IMG/VR virus record: IMGVR_UViG_3300044632_002025
Reading direction: 5' to 3' (one strand)
DNA from: a virus
DNA length: 64,000 nt
Below the pieces are notes generated by a model. The model ran no database searches. It was not told the origin of the DNA and was given only the letters and a program-made list of their open reading frames with translations. Positions 1-7,166 of this stretch are shown piece after piece; the stretch's first letter is position 1; every line of letters starts with the position of its first letter. Made by a program: the position numbers and the translations under genes.

Positions 1-358
1 AGTTAAAATCATATTCAAACAATAACAGATTGACTCGCCGGAAAAGAGAATCGTAACGGTCTGAACGAAGATGTAGGGAGTAGGATGTATAGTAGTATTG
101 GTCTGGGTCTGGGTCTTCTGGGTCTTCACTGGAAAACCAATTGCTTAAGTCGTTAGAACTGTTAGCGACAATCCCTAAACTGTGCGCTAATTTGATTAGA
201 TTATCCAAGCCTATTTCCGATATTTCTTGCCAGTAATCCTCAGAAGAATAATCAGATTCGTAGTGAGTACCCTTGAAATAATACCCTTGTTCCAAATATC
301 CCCAATCGAATGCTGACTCTGGTGTAACATACTGATAGACGATTCTAAATTGAGACAT
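1..358 (-). CDS. hypothetical early protein, N-terminal part (gene runs off the left edge)
   Basis: ATG at 358-356 follows an AAGGAAACCGATT Shine-Dalgarno. I checked the frame codon by codon and found no stop down to position 2. It is missing from the ORF track only because it has no stop in the window. Begins MSQFRIVYQYVTPESAFDWGYLEQGYYFKG. Confidence 0.5.
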   Translation of the reverse strand, partial: MSQFRIVYQYVTPESAFDWGYLEQGYYFKGTHYESDYSSEDYWQEISEIGLDNLIKLAHSLGIVANSSNDLSNWFSSEDPEDPDPDQYYYTSYSLHLRSDRYDSLFRRVNLLLFEYDFN

Positions 359-388
359 AATCGGTTTCCTTTTTGGTTGGTTGTTACT

Positions 389-447
389 ATTATAGCAGTT
401 TTTTTCTAGACTGTCAAGGGTTAACTTGGTTAAATTTTGGTTAACCC
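389..447 (-). promoter_or_regulatory. early promoter cassette, class A copy 1
   Basis: On the minus strand: GGGTTAACCAAAATTTAACCAAGTTAACCC (447-418), TTGACA (417-412), 17-nt spacer, TATAAT (394-389). Lies 30 nt upstream of the ATG at 358. Confidence 0.7.
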
Positions 448-457
448 TGAGTTGAGT

Positions 458-563
458 TTAGTCTAAGGAATCTTCATCCTCATCTTCATCTTCATCCTGC
501 TGGTCGGTTATTTCACGGGCTATTTCCTCACAGGCATACCAGACCTCTAACATATCAGCCCGT
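458..563 (-). pseudogene. decayed 3' remnant of the acidic-tail gene family (paralog of 966..1319)
   Basis: Minus strand reads ...RADMLEVWYACEEIAREITDQQDEDEDEDEDSLD-stop (stop at 460-458). It is a nucleotide-level copy of the 3' end of 966..1319 with a 27-nt in-frame deletion. The 5' two thirds of the gene are missing. Confidence 0.6.
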
Positions 564-872
564 TTAAAATTTAAATCTTCCGTAGGGGCTTAGATAGAAC
601 TCTGTAATATCCTCTTGGTTAGGTGGGAATGCCTCTACCCATTCACTTATAGCATCTATCAATAAATCTCGGTCGCCTGTCATTCGGGATAAATTCTGAT
701 AGAATACTTTGTCATCCCAGTAGAACAAGTGTACGTCTCCCAGTGGGTTTTCTAAGTCGGAAATTTCTAATCCATCTTCCGCTAGTAACTGCTCACAGGT
801 TCGGATTTGAGCAAAGATTTCTTGTAATTCACTGGTTGACAGTGTTTCTAGATACGAGAGGTAAGTAAACAT
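564..872 (-). CDS. hypothetical early protein, paralog family 1
   Basis: ORF track. SD AAGGAAACCGATT precedes the ATG. Clearly paralogous to the 1421..1723 product (MFTYLSYLETLSTSELQEIF vs MTTYLRYLETLSTSKLQEIF, shared LLAEDGLEISDLENPLGD). No function recognised. Confidence 0.65.
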   Translation of the reverse strand: MFTYLSYLETLSTSELQEIFAQIRTCEQLLAEDGLEISDLENPLGDVHLFYWDDKVFYQNLSRMTGDRDLLIDAISEWVEAFPPNQEDITEFYLSPYGRFKF

Positions 873-896
873 AATCGGTTTCCTTGTAATGTCACT

Positions 897-955
897 ATTA
901 CAGCAGTTTTTTTCGGGACTGTCAAGGGTTAACTTGGTTAAATTTTGGTTAACCC
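897..955 (-). promoter_or_regulatory. early promoter cassette, class A copy 2
   Basis: Minus strand: the same GGTTAACCAAAATTTAACCAAGTTAACCC box, TTGACA (925-920), 17 nt, TGTAAT (902-897). Confidence 0.65.
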
Positions 956-965
956 TGAGTTAAGG

Positions 966-1319
966 TTAGTCTAAGGAATCTTCATCTTCATCCTCATATT
1001 CATCTTCATCCTGCTGGTCGGTTATTTCACGGGCTATTTCCTCACAGGCATACCAGACCATGAGGTTATAAAACGAATCTAGACTTTCTAACATATCAGC
1101 CCGGCTAAAAGAGGAAATCATTTTAGCCACGTTGGTATAGCCCAATTGTTTCGCTTGTTCAACTGCATATTTCCAGATTGAAACCCCGTACTTTTCCCAT
1201 AACTTAACACAGTCCGATGTATAGGATATATAGGGAAAACCCATGTCTGCTCCGTAACTTGCAATATCTTTAGCATACTCGTAAAGATTTTCCTCAAACC
1301 ATTCTTTAAATTCTCTCAT
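966..1319 (-). CDS. hypothetical early protein with strongly acidic C-terminal tail
   Basis: Track ORF 966..1379 trimmed. Its first 20 codons (MTDPRKNAIMDT...) are the promoter -10 and leader read as protein. The real start is ATG 1319, behind GAGGAAAAAAAAAA. C-terminus is DQQDEDEYEDEDEDSLD. Confidence 0.6.
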   Translation of the reverse strand: MREFKEWFEENLYEYAKDIASYGADMGFPYISYTSDCVKLWEKYGVSIWKYAVEQAKQLGYTNVAKMISSFSRADMLESLDSFYNLMVWYACEEIAREITDQQDEDEYEDEDEDSLD

Positions 1320-1350
1320 TTTTTTTTTCCTCGTTGGTTGGTATGTGTCC

Positions 1351-1409
1351 ATTATGGCATTTTTTCGGGGGTCTGTCAAGGGTTAACTTGGTTAAATTTT
1401 GGTTAACCC
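1351..1409 (-). promoter_or_regulatory. early promoter cassette, class A copy 3
   Basis: Minus strand: GGTTAACC...GTTAACCC box (1409-1380), TTGACA (1379-1374), 17 nt, CATAAT (1356-1351). Confidence 0.7.
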
Positions 1410-1420
1410 TTGATTAAGTT

Positions 1421-1723
1421 TTAGCACTTAAATGTTCCGTAGGGTGTTAAAAAGAACTCGGCAGAACCCTTTCGGTTAGGTGGAAATGCCTCTACCCAAT
1501 CACTTATAGCATCTATCAAAAAATCTCGGTCGTCTTCCATTGTGGATAAATTCTGATAGAATATTTTTTCATCGTAGTACAAGTCGTCCCCCAGTGGGTT
1601 TTCTAAGTCGGAAATTTCTAATCCATCTTCTGCTAGTAATTGCTCACAAGTTAAGTTTTCAGCAAAGATTTCTTGTAATTTACTGGTTGACAGTGTTTCT
1701 AGATACCGGAGGTAAGTAGTCAT
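1421..1723 (-). CDS. hypothetical early protein, paralog family 1
   Basis: ORF track. SD AAGGAAACCGATT. Paralog of 564..872. Confidence 0.65.
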   Translation of the reverse strand: MTTYLRYLETLSTSKLQEIFAENLTCEQLLAEDGLEISDLENPLGDDLYYDEKIFYQNLSTMEDDRDFLIDAISDWVEAFPPNRKGSAEFFLTPYGTFKC

Positions 1724-1753
1724 AATCGGTTTCCTTTTTGGTTGGTTGTTACT

Positions 1754-1807
1754 ATTATGGCATTGTTTAAGGGGTAAAGTCTAGTGGACAGTTAAGGAAC
1801 TGTCACA
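1754..1807 (-). promoter_or_regulatory. early promoter cassette, class B copy 1 (weak -35, upstream inverted repeat)
   Basis: Minus strand: imperfect inverted repeat GTGACAG-TTCCTTAA-CTGTCCAC (1807-1784), TAGACT, 18 nt, CATAAT (1759-1754). Confidence 0.5.
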
Positions 1808-1830
1808 CTCCCTACTTAACTAGGTTAAGT

Positions 1831-2187
1831 TTATGCAGGTCTTTTATAGCCGTTTTGAAGCGGTGTGTCAAGGGCTAACCTGATTAAGTCTATGTGTGTT
1901 TTTCTGGTTTCTAGGAACTCCGGACGGTTACGGGTTATCACCTTGAGTTGATACCCGTAGTGTTCCTCTAGGTATTTTTTATCCCATGAATAATCATAAA
2001 AAGTGGCAGGGAAAGTATTGTTAATAACCTCACAGGGGTCACATGAACCATGCTCCCCTACATATTCCCATGATAGACATTTATAGGGGTTATCGCAACT
2101 GACGATTTCTGGAAAAATGGCGATAATACGCCAAGTGTATTTTTCCCATTTACGGAAGATTACTTTTGTGGGGTTTTCAGTGGTCAT
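1831..2187 (-). CDS. hypothetical early protein, paralog family 2 (Cys-containing)
   Basis: ORF track. SD GAGGAAACCAATT. Paralog of 2285..2611 (shared KVIFRKW.KY...IIAIFPEIVS.DNPY.CLSW.YVG.HGSCDP ... YGYQLKVITRNR.EFLE). Confidence 0.65.
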   Translation of the reverse strand: MTTENPTKVIFRKWEKYTWRIIAIFPEIVSCDNPYKCLSWEYVGEHGSCDPCEVINNTFPATFYDYSWDKKYLEEHYGYQLKVITRNRPEFLETRKTHIDLIRLALDTPLQNGYKRPA

Positions 2188-2211
2188 AATTGGTTTCCTC
2201 GTGATGTTTTC

Positions 2212-2269
2212 ATTATAGCACTTTTCGGGGGACTGTCAAGGGTTAACTTGGTTAAATTTTGGTTAACCC
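2212..2269 (-). promoter_or_regulatory. early promoter cassette, class A copy 4
   Basis: Minus strand: GGTTAACC...GTTAACCC box (2269-2240), TTGACA (2239-2234), 16 nt, TATAAT (2217-2212). Confidence 0.65.
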
Positions 2270-2284
2270 GTGATTAAGTTGAGG

Positions 2285-2611
2285 TTAGACTAGAAACTGT
2301 GCCATGCGAGCTATTTCAGCTTCTCTGATTTCTAGGAACTCCCGACGGTTTCGGGTTATTACCTTGAGTTGATAGCCGTATTGTTTTTCTAGGACTTCCT
2401 TATCCCAAGCATATTCATCGGGACTTGCCGGTACAGTATCGCTAATGACCCAATGGGGGTCACATGAACCATGCCCTCCTACATATACCCATGATAGACA
2501 TTCATAAGGGTTATCCGTACTGACGATTTCTGGAAAAATGGCGATAATACTATTTGAGTATTTTACCCATTTACGGAAGATTACTTTTGTCGGGGAGTTG
2601 TCAGTAGTCAT
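2285..2611 (-). CDS. hypothetical early protein, paralog family 2
   Basis: ORF track. SD AGAGGAAACATT. Paralog of 1831..2187. Confidence 0.65.
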   Translation of the reverse strand: MTTDNSPTKVIFRKWVKYSNSIIAIFPEIVSTDNPYECLSWVYVGGHGSCDPHWVISDTVPASPDEYAWDKEVLEKQYGYQLKVITRNRREFLEIREAEIARMAQFLV

Positions 2612-2640
2612 AATGTTTCCTCTTTGGTTGGTATGTTACT

Positions 2641-2692
2641 ATTATGGCATTGTCTAAGGGTAAAGTCTAGTGGACAGTTAAGGAACTGTCAC
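2641..2692 (-). promoter_or_regulatory. early promoter cassette, class B copy 2
   Basis: Near-identical to 1754..1807: CATAAT (2646-2641), TAGACT-like -35, and the inverted repeat GTGACAG..CTGTCCAC (2692-2669). Confidence 0.5.
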
Positions 2693-2737
2693 ACTCCCTA
2701 CTTAACTAGGTTGGATTGAGTTTAACTTAGTTGAACT

Positions 2738-3130
2738 CTATTCTAAGTAAATCCATCCACGAATGGCCATAGAGTCGCACTCACCAAAATTTTTTGAAGC
2801 TTCAGAAAGTCGGTCTAAGACCGCCTTATCACAACCTTTCTCATCCCAGAACCCAGAACCATAACGATTACGGTTTAGATAGAAGTTATGACCAACGTGG
2901 TCTTCGCTAAACCCAGACTCTAGAAAGATATTAATATCCTCTTGGTTTTCGCTTACGAATCGTTCTACATCATCCCGTGCGGACAGTAGTGATTTTTTGG
3001 TGAAACCGTGACCCATTTTAGGGAAATCCTCTCCATTTTCCCCCTGACAACACCATTCTGCGGCCGTTAAATAACCACTTATAAAGGGGAAAACATCATC
3101 AGGGACGTGGTTAGGGTTAAATTGGGGCAT
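2738..3130 (-). CDS. hypothetical early protein
   Basis: Track ORF 2738..3217 trimmed to ATG 3130 (MPQFNPNHV...), which has AGGAG 8 nt upstream. The longer version would overlap the upstream gene by 56 nt. Confidence 0.55.
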   Translation of the reverse strand: MPQFNPNHVPDDVFPFISGYLTAAEWCCQGENGEDFPKMGHGFTKKSLLSARDDVERFVSENQEDINIFLESGFSEDHVGHNFYLNRNRYGSGFWDEKGCDKAVLDRLSEASKNFGECDSMAIRGWIYLE

Positions 3131-3161
3131 ATTTTTGGCTCCTGTGCTTGGTTTTAAGGGT

Positions 3162-3434
3162 TTAAGTCTGTGTGTCAAGATTAAATTTCTTGCCAGAGTA
3201 GGTTTTTTTGCAATCATTACACTGGAACACGGAGTAAGGTTTTCCGTTTACATCCTTTTTAGTGGCTCGTTTCCGAACATTAAATGAACCGCAATGGGGG
3301 CATCGTTTTCCGACTAGGTATTCATAAAAACCTTTAGATTTTTTTAACCATTGTTCATCGGAAATAATTCCTTCTCCCCAATCTGATAAATCGGGCAAAA
3401 TTTTGGACAGAATTGGTAATCTTGAATGAGTCAT
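3162..3434 (-). CDS. small zinc-ribbon protein
   Basis: 90 aa with CPHC-x19-CNDC, a four-Cys ribbon pattern, and a basic C-terminal half. Confidence 0.55.
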   Translation of the reverse strand: MTHSRLPILSKILPDLSDWGEGIISDEQWLKKSKGFYEYLVGKRCPHCGSFNVRKRATKKDVNGKPYSVFQCNDCKKTYSGKKFNLDTQT

Positions 3435-3467
3435 ACGTTTTAATTGGTAAGGGTTAAATGGGGTTAG

Positions 3468-3527
3468 ATTGGGTTAGGAAGATTCACTACTTGTCAAGGG
3501 TTAACTAGGTTAAATTTTGGTTAACCC
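3468..3527 (-). promoter_or_regulatory. class A cassette copy 5 (poor -10)
   Basis: The GGTTAACCAAAATTTAACCTAGTTAACCC box and TTGACA (3497-3492) are present. The hexamer 17-18 nt downstream is only ACCCAA/CCCAAT. Confidence 0.35.
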
Positions 3528-3554
3528 TTGATTAAGGTTAGGACAGGGTTAATT

Positions 3555-4172
3555 CTAATTGGATACCGTCTTCCCAACGAGTAACATTAGTGCATCAAGT
3601 AAATCCGACCGTTGTGGTGTGCTTAAATCTTCAAATCCGAAACTACCATGTAAACCCTGATATACTTCACATATACTAACTGTTTCATCGTTTAGATAGT
3701 CTAAGAATGGATTTATGACCTTTAGTAAGTCTTCTGGGGATACCAATAGGTCTATTTCATGACGATACTTATAGGCTATTTTGTCCTCTAATTCTGGTAA
3801 TATCTCCAAAATTTCCTTAGCACACTCATTACATCCTGTCTCGTTCCAATATTCCATCCATTTTTCATTTAGTATTTCACCGTACACTTGTTCGTCTAGC
3901 AGGTAATAAACGGTCTTTGTCTTCTCAATAAGGTTGTCAATCTCTTCCACTAGGGGACTATCCTTTTTTAACAGGATGGCTGTAAACCGTCCGAAAAACC
4001 CACGAAAACTAGCTTCTATACAGTCCTCATTGTTAATAAAACGGGATAGCACTCGATAGTTCGCCATATCCATTAAATCCGACGCATCGGACTGTGAATA
4101 GACAACATAATATCCTTCGTAGTTTATGCCAAAGAAGTTATCTTGGCATAATTTCAGGTGTTTCGCTTTCAT
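3555..4172 (-). CDS. hypothetical early protein
   Basis: ORF track, 205 aa. SD AAGGAAGGAAAAA precedes the ATG. No family recognised. Confidence 0.55.
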   Translation of the reverse strand: MKAKHLKLCQDNFFGINYEGYYVVYSQSDASDLMDMANYRVLSRFINNEDCIEASFRGFFGRFTAILLKKDSPLVEEIDNLIEKTKTVYYLLDEQVYGEILNEKWMEYWNETGCNECAKEILEILPELEDKIAYKYRHEIDLLVSPEDLLKVINPFLDYLNDETVSICEVYQGLHGSFGFEDLSTPQRSDLLDALMLLVGKTVSN

Positions 4173-4185
4173 TTTTTCCTTCCTT

Positions 4186-4247
4186 GATTGGTTTAGATTG
4201 GTTTAGATTGGGTTAGATAGGGTTAGATTGGGTTAGATTGGGCTAGT
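4186..4247. repeat. six tandem 10-bp units (GATTGGKTTA)n
   Basis: The units gattggttta, gattggttta, gattgggtta, gatagggtta, gattgggtta and gattgggcta can be read directly. On the minus strand this is (CCAATCTAAC)n, directly upstream of the SD of 3555..4172. Confidence 0.8.
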
Positions 4248-4515
4248 AGGTATGAAATCCCTTGCTATCGAAGCAAAATAACTCCATATAAGTTCGAGAA
4301 ATTTTAGAATGAACAAAAGCCTTAATCTTTATTTGATTTTCTGGCATCCAAGCTTCTAAAGTAGTATAATATGACTTTAAGAAGCTTTTTAGTTGTGCAT
4401 TATTCTTGACTTCTAAATCAAAGCTTAATCGATTTTGAATCTCGCCAGTTGTATCCTTAATTAAGCGATTTTCAGAGTTGCGAACTTCAAAACAAATAAC
4501 AAATTTTTCCGACAT
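4243..4515 (-). CDS. hypothetical early protein
   Basis: ORF track, 90 aa. SD AGAGGGCAAA. No promoter of its own, so probably co-transcribed with 4573..4776. Confidence 0.5.
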   Translation of the reverse strand: MSEKFVICFEVRNSENRLIKDTTGEIQNRLSFDLEVKNNAQLKSFLKSYYTTLEAWMPENQIKIKAFVHSKISRTYMELFCFDSKGFHTY

Positions 4516-4572
4516 TTTGCCCTCTTTTGTGTTTCTACTGTTTACCGATAACTGATAACTGATGACTGATAA

Positions 4573-4776
4573 TTAATCCTCTAATTCCCAATCTACATAA
4601 TCGAGATTATCACGCCAGTCAAGCAGATTGGGCATCTCATTCTCATCCCCAAAACTAAGCGTGATAGCCGGGTAGATGTTTTCAAGCAATTCTAAGGCTT
4701 GTTTTTTGCTAGAAGCGGGCAAGGTTACTTCCAATTCAATGCGAAGTATTCCAGTAAATTCTTTAAGTTTTGTCAT
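4573..4776 (-). CDS. hypothetical small early protein
   Basis: Track ORF 4573..4824 trimmed. The N-terminal MTDQMKNAIMDT is promoter sequence. The real start is ATG 4776 (MTKLKEF), behind GAGGAAACA. Confidence 0.45.
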   Translation of the reverse strand: MTKLKEFTGILRIELEVTLPASSKKQALELLENIYPAITLSFGDENEMPNLLDWRDNLDYVDWELED

Positions 4777-4795
4777 TGTTTCCTCGTTGGTATCC

Positions 4796-4860
4796 ATTAT
4801 GGCATTTTTCATCTGGTCTGTCAAGTCTTTTTGGAGTGGACAGTTTAGGAAGTGTCCACT
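4796..4860 (-). promoter_or_regulatory. early promoter cassette, class B copy 3
   Basis: Minus strand: inverted repeat AGTGGACA-N10-TGTCCACT (4860-4835), TTGACA (4824-4819), 17 nt, CATAAT (4801-4796). Confidence 0.7.
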
Positions 4861-4886
4861 GTCTAAGCCCTTAGCTACGGGTTATA

Positions 4887-5189
4887 TTAGTCTTCATCGG
4901 AGTAACAATCCCTGAATTTATATTCACTTTCAGGGTCTGTCCAGTCTATAACTACATTCTCCGATTTAATTTCCAAGTCTGCCATAAAATCAGTTGGCAT
5001 TCCCTGAAAATCCCCAGTATTATACAGTAACCATTCCTCTATTCCTTCTTTAACATCTCCATTCTGTTTTATTTTTTCCTCAATGCCATCTAATTGATAG
5101 CTGTCTAGGAAAATCTCTTGACACTGTTCTTGACCGTACCAACCGTACCCGATTAGTCTTACGAAGCTTTTAACTACTATGTACTTCAT
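4887..5189 (-). CDS. hypothetical early protein
   Basis: Track ORF 4887..5255 trimmed to ATG 5189 (MKYIVVK), behind AGGAAACCAAAAATC. The longer N-terminus, MTVQKNNAIIDT, is again promoter sequence. Confidence 0.5.
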   Translation of the reverse strand: MKYIVVKSFVRLIGYGWYGQEQCQEIFLDSYQLDGIEEKIKQNGDVKEGIEEWLLYNTGDFQGMPTDFMADLEIKSENVVIDWTDPESEYKFRDCYSDED

Positions 5190-5226
5190 GATTTTTGGTT
5201 TCCTGTTTGTTTTGGTTGATGTGTCT

Positions 5227-5291
5227 ATTATGGCATTGTTTTTCTGGACTGTCAACCTTTTTTGGGGTGGACAGTTTAGGAAGTGTCCACT
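5227..5291 (-). promoter_or_regulatory. early promoter cassette, class B copy 4
   Basis: GTGGACA-N10-TGTCCAC (5290-5267), TTGACA (5255-5250), 17 nt, CATAAT (5232-5227). Confidence 0.7.
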
Positions 5292-5517
5292 AGGGGTTGA
5301 ATTGGGGATAACTGTCTCTCAAACGTCCCCTGTACTCTTGACAGTATTCACTAAAGTCAAAACTGTTACTTCCCATATAGATTGTATGCACCAATTGAGT
5401 ACCGTGCAAATGGTACACCCTGCGACTGAAAAATCCTACTCCCCGTTCTATATATCGGGGGAAAATTTCCCCATTGGGTTTAGGGAGATTACCTATAAAT
5501 ATTTTGCTCTCGTCCAC
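5290..5517 (-). CDS. hypothetical early protein (GTG start)
   Basis: ORF track. GTG start at 5517, behind CAGGAGTCAAACAA. 75 aa. Confidence 0.4.
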   Translation of the reverse strand: MDESKIFIGNLPKPNGEIFPRYIERGVGFFSRRVYHLHGTQLVHTIYMGSNSFDFSEYCQEYRGRLRDSYPQFNP

Positions 5518-5550
5518 TTGTTTGACTCCTGTTTTTCGGCTTATGTGTCT

Positions 5551-5615
5551 ATTATGGCATTGTTCATCTGGTCTGTCAAGTCTTTTTGGAGTGGACAGTT
5601 TAGGAAGTGTCCACT
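5551..5615 (-). promoter_or_regulatory. early promoter cassette, class B copy 5
   Basis: AGTGGACA-N10-TGTCCACT (5615-5590), TTGACA (5579-5574), 17 nt, CATAAT (5556-5551). Confidence 0.7.
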
Positions 5616-5658
5616 AGGGGTTTTACTAGGGATACTTCACATTGTTTTGATTGGTTCC

Positions 5659-5755
5659 CACTTGTTTGACTCCTGTTTTTCTTTCGATGTCACTACTATA
5701 GCAGTGTTTTCTATGGTAGTGCAACCCCTAGTGGACACTTTGATAATTGGCACAC
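5659..5755 (-). repeat. decayed sixth class B cassette with truncated leader
   Basis: 5659-5680 (cacttgtttgactcctgttttt) repeats the SD and GTG leader at 5513-5534. The ORF behind it is only 11 codons. The -10 is TATAGT, the -35 is lost and the inverted repeat is half degraded. Confidence 0.5.
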
Positions 5756-5786
5756 TGGGTAATATTTACCCCTCTTCCCTATGTTT

Positions 5787-5800
5787 AGTACAAGTGTACC
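5787..5800. promoter_or_regulatory. LexA-box-like palindrome AGTACAAGTGTACC
   Basis: Arms GTACA/TGTAC. Fits RGTACNNNDGTWCB, the cyanobacterial LexA consensus as I recall it. Copy 1 of 4. Confidence 0.45.
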
Positions 5801-5921
5801 AAAGGATGGGCTTCATCGGCTGACGTGAAAGCCTTATTTGTACCTGCAATTCATTTACCACAGGTTAAGATTTGGTTATGGTTGGCGGGAAAGCCTTATT
5901 CGTGCCTGCAATGTTTTTACA

Positions 5922-5975
5922 CTTAACCCAGTCTTAACCTCTCTTAACCCAGTCTTAACCCAGTCTTAACCCATC
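5922..5975. repeat. five tandem ~11-bp units (CTTAACCCAGT)n
   Basis: The units cttaacccagt, cttaacctct, cttaacccagt, cttaacccagt and cttaacccat can be read directly. Confidence 0.75.
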
Positions 5976-5987
5976 TTCCCTATGTCT

Positions 5988-6001
5988 AGTACAAGTGTAC
6001 C
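5988..6001. promoter_or_regulatory. LexA-box-like palindrome AGTACAAGTGTACC
   Basis: Copy 2. Lies in a ~75-bp direct repeat of the 5775-5850 segment. Confidence 0.45.
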
Positions 6002-6089
6002 AAAGGGTGGGCTTCATCGGCTGACGTGAGACTCAGATTTGTGCCTGCAATGTTTTTTACGCCCTAAACTCCCCTTTAACACTTGGGCT

Positions 6090-6103
6090 AGTACAAGTGT
6101 ACT
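6090..6103. promoter_or_regulatory. LexA-box-like palindrome AGTACAAGTGTACT
   Basis: Copy 3, with 6-bp arms AGTACA/TGTACT. Lies 20 nt upstream of the late-type motif at 6122. Confidence 0.45.
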
Positions 6104-6121
6104 AGGGGTGGAGGAGGTGTC

Positions 6122-6136
6122 CGCCCAAACTATATT
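6122..6136 (+). promoter_or_regulatory. late-type motif site L1
   Basis: CGCCCAAAC is immediately followed by TATATT. Lies 36 nt upstream of ATG 6172. Confidence 0.5.
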
Positions 6137-6171
6137 GGACAAGATAATTATTCCTAGCTAGGATAGAAAAT

Positions 6172-6456
6172 ATGGCTTTAACTTTTGCCCCCCCAGTCCC
6201 CGCAAGTGGACATTATCAACTAGACCCTTTATATGTTAACTCCGGTGTTGACATCGTTCGTGCTTCTTACGGTTATGATTTGAATGGTACTGCTGATGCT
6301 GACCAATTACTTCAACGTCAAGCCATCATTGCTCTTTTAGAGTTTGCTATCGAAGATACCGCTTTCGTTAATGCTATTCAGGCAATTGCCGCTACTGCTG
6401 GTGTTACTACCCCTGTTTCCTTCGTTTCGGCGTTGGTTACTAAATTAACTGCTTAA
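6172..6456 (+). CDS. hypothetical protein
   Basis: ORF track, 94 aa, Ala/Val-rich. No family recognised. Confidence 0.5.
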   Translation: MALTFAPPVPASGHYQLDPLYVNSGVDIVRASYGYDLNGTADADQLLQRQAIIALLEFAIEDTAFVNAIQAIAATAGVTTPVSFVSALVTKLTA

Positions 6457-6503
6457 TCCGTCCTAATCTGGGTCTGATTCAGCCTTAACCAAGCCCCCCA
6501 GTC

Positions 6504-6743
6504 ATGGGTGGGTATTTTTTTGTACCTATTCCCCTTATTGCAAGCATATTATTATTAAGTCCCAAACCCCTTTCCATAATGGTTTTTTTATTGCTTTTAG
6601 CTTCTTTAATGGTCTTTGCCATTACTATTGTAGCCATTGTTGGTTTACTGTTGGCTTACCGTCAACCTCCTGAACCTCAACGCTTTGATGATTTATCCGA
6701 TTTCGATTTATTAGACCCTAGGGAATTTGCTGACCGTAATTAA
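6504..6743 (+). CDS. small membrane protein (two predicted TM helices), holin candidate
   Basis: Two hydrophobic stretches, FFVPIPLIASILLLSPKPLSIMVFLLLLASLMVFAITIVAIVGLLLA, are followed by a charged tail. Confidence 0.45.
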   Translation: MGGYFFVPIPLIASILLLSPKPLSIMVFLLLLASLMVFAITIVAIVGLLLAYRQPPEPQRFDDLSDFDLLDPREFADRN

Positions 6744-6854
6744 ACCGTCAACAACCACACATTTTTGTTGTGTTCTAATGGGTGATAAGGGGTCATCCTT
6801 TTGGGTGATGGGTGTGGATAACTTTAACCCCCTTGAACAGTACAAATGAACTAA

Positions 6855-6876
6855 TATATAACTGTATAGTTATATA
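6855..6876. repeat. AT-rich inverted repeat TATATAACT-GTAT-AGTTATATA
   Basis: 9-bp perfect arms read directly. A near LexA-like box, AGTACAAATGAACT, sits at 6839-6852. Confidence 0.6.
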
Positions 6877-7033
6877 ATTATATGGTCAAAAAGTGCTTTT
6901 TGTGTGGCTGAAATCAGCCCCTAACCCTAAACCTTCCTAATTTCGCCTCCAAAATGATGTATAATGATGTATATCAAACTCCTGGTCGGTATTGGTTTTC
7001 TCTGGTCAACCTAAAGGATTGTGAGACAATTAT

Positions 7034-7166
7034 GAAAAAGAGTTATGGTGGATTTTACCATTATTTGGGGTTGAGGGGGAAAAAGAGTTATGGTGAATTT
7101 CACCATTATTATCTTAGGTGGAAAAAGAGTTATGGTAATTTTTACCATTATTATCTTGGGTTGGGG
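7034..7166. repeat. three tandem ~45-bp repeats, each carrying a palindrome (ATGGTGAA-T-TTCACCAT type)
   Basis: Each unit starts AAAAAGAGTT. The palindromes are ATGGTGGATTTTACCAT, ATGGTGAATTTCACCAT and ATGGTAATTTTTACCAT. Each unit ends in TTATT(AT)CTTRGGTTG(R)GGG. Confidence 0.8.

Noticed and set aside
966-5255. A shared N-terminal peptide (MTDPRKNAIMDT / MTDQMKNAIMDT / MTVQKNNAIIDT) suggests a conserved signal sequence on three proteins.
   Set aside because: The peptide is encoded by the -10 box and leader (…AAAAATGCCATAATGGA…) of the promoter cassette. Each gene has a downstream ATG with a proper GAGGA/AGGAA Shine-Dalgarno, so the longer starts are artefacts.
4676-5823. Plus-strand ORFs 4676..4915 (79 aa) and 5179..5823 (214 aa) from the ORF track.
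   Set aside because: They run antisense through the repeated class B promoter cassettes. Their repeated peptide, ...IMALF.WSVKSFWSGQFRKCPL..., is just the cassette translated backwards. They overlap well-supported minus-strand genes with SD sequences.
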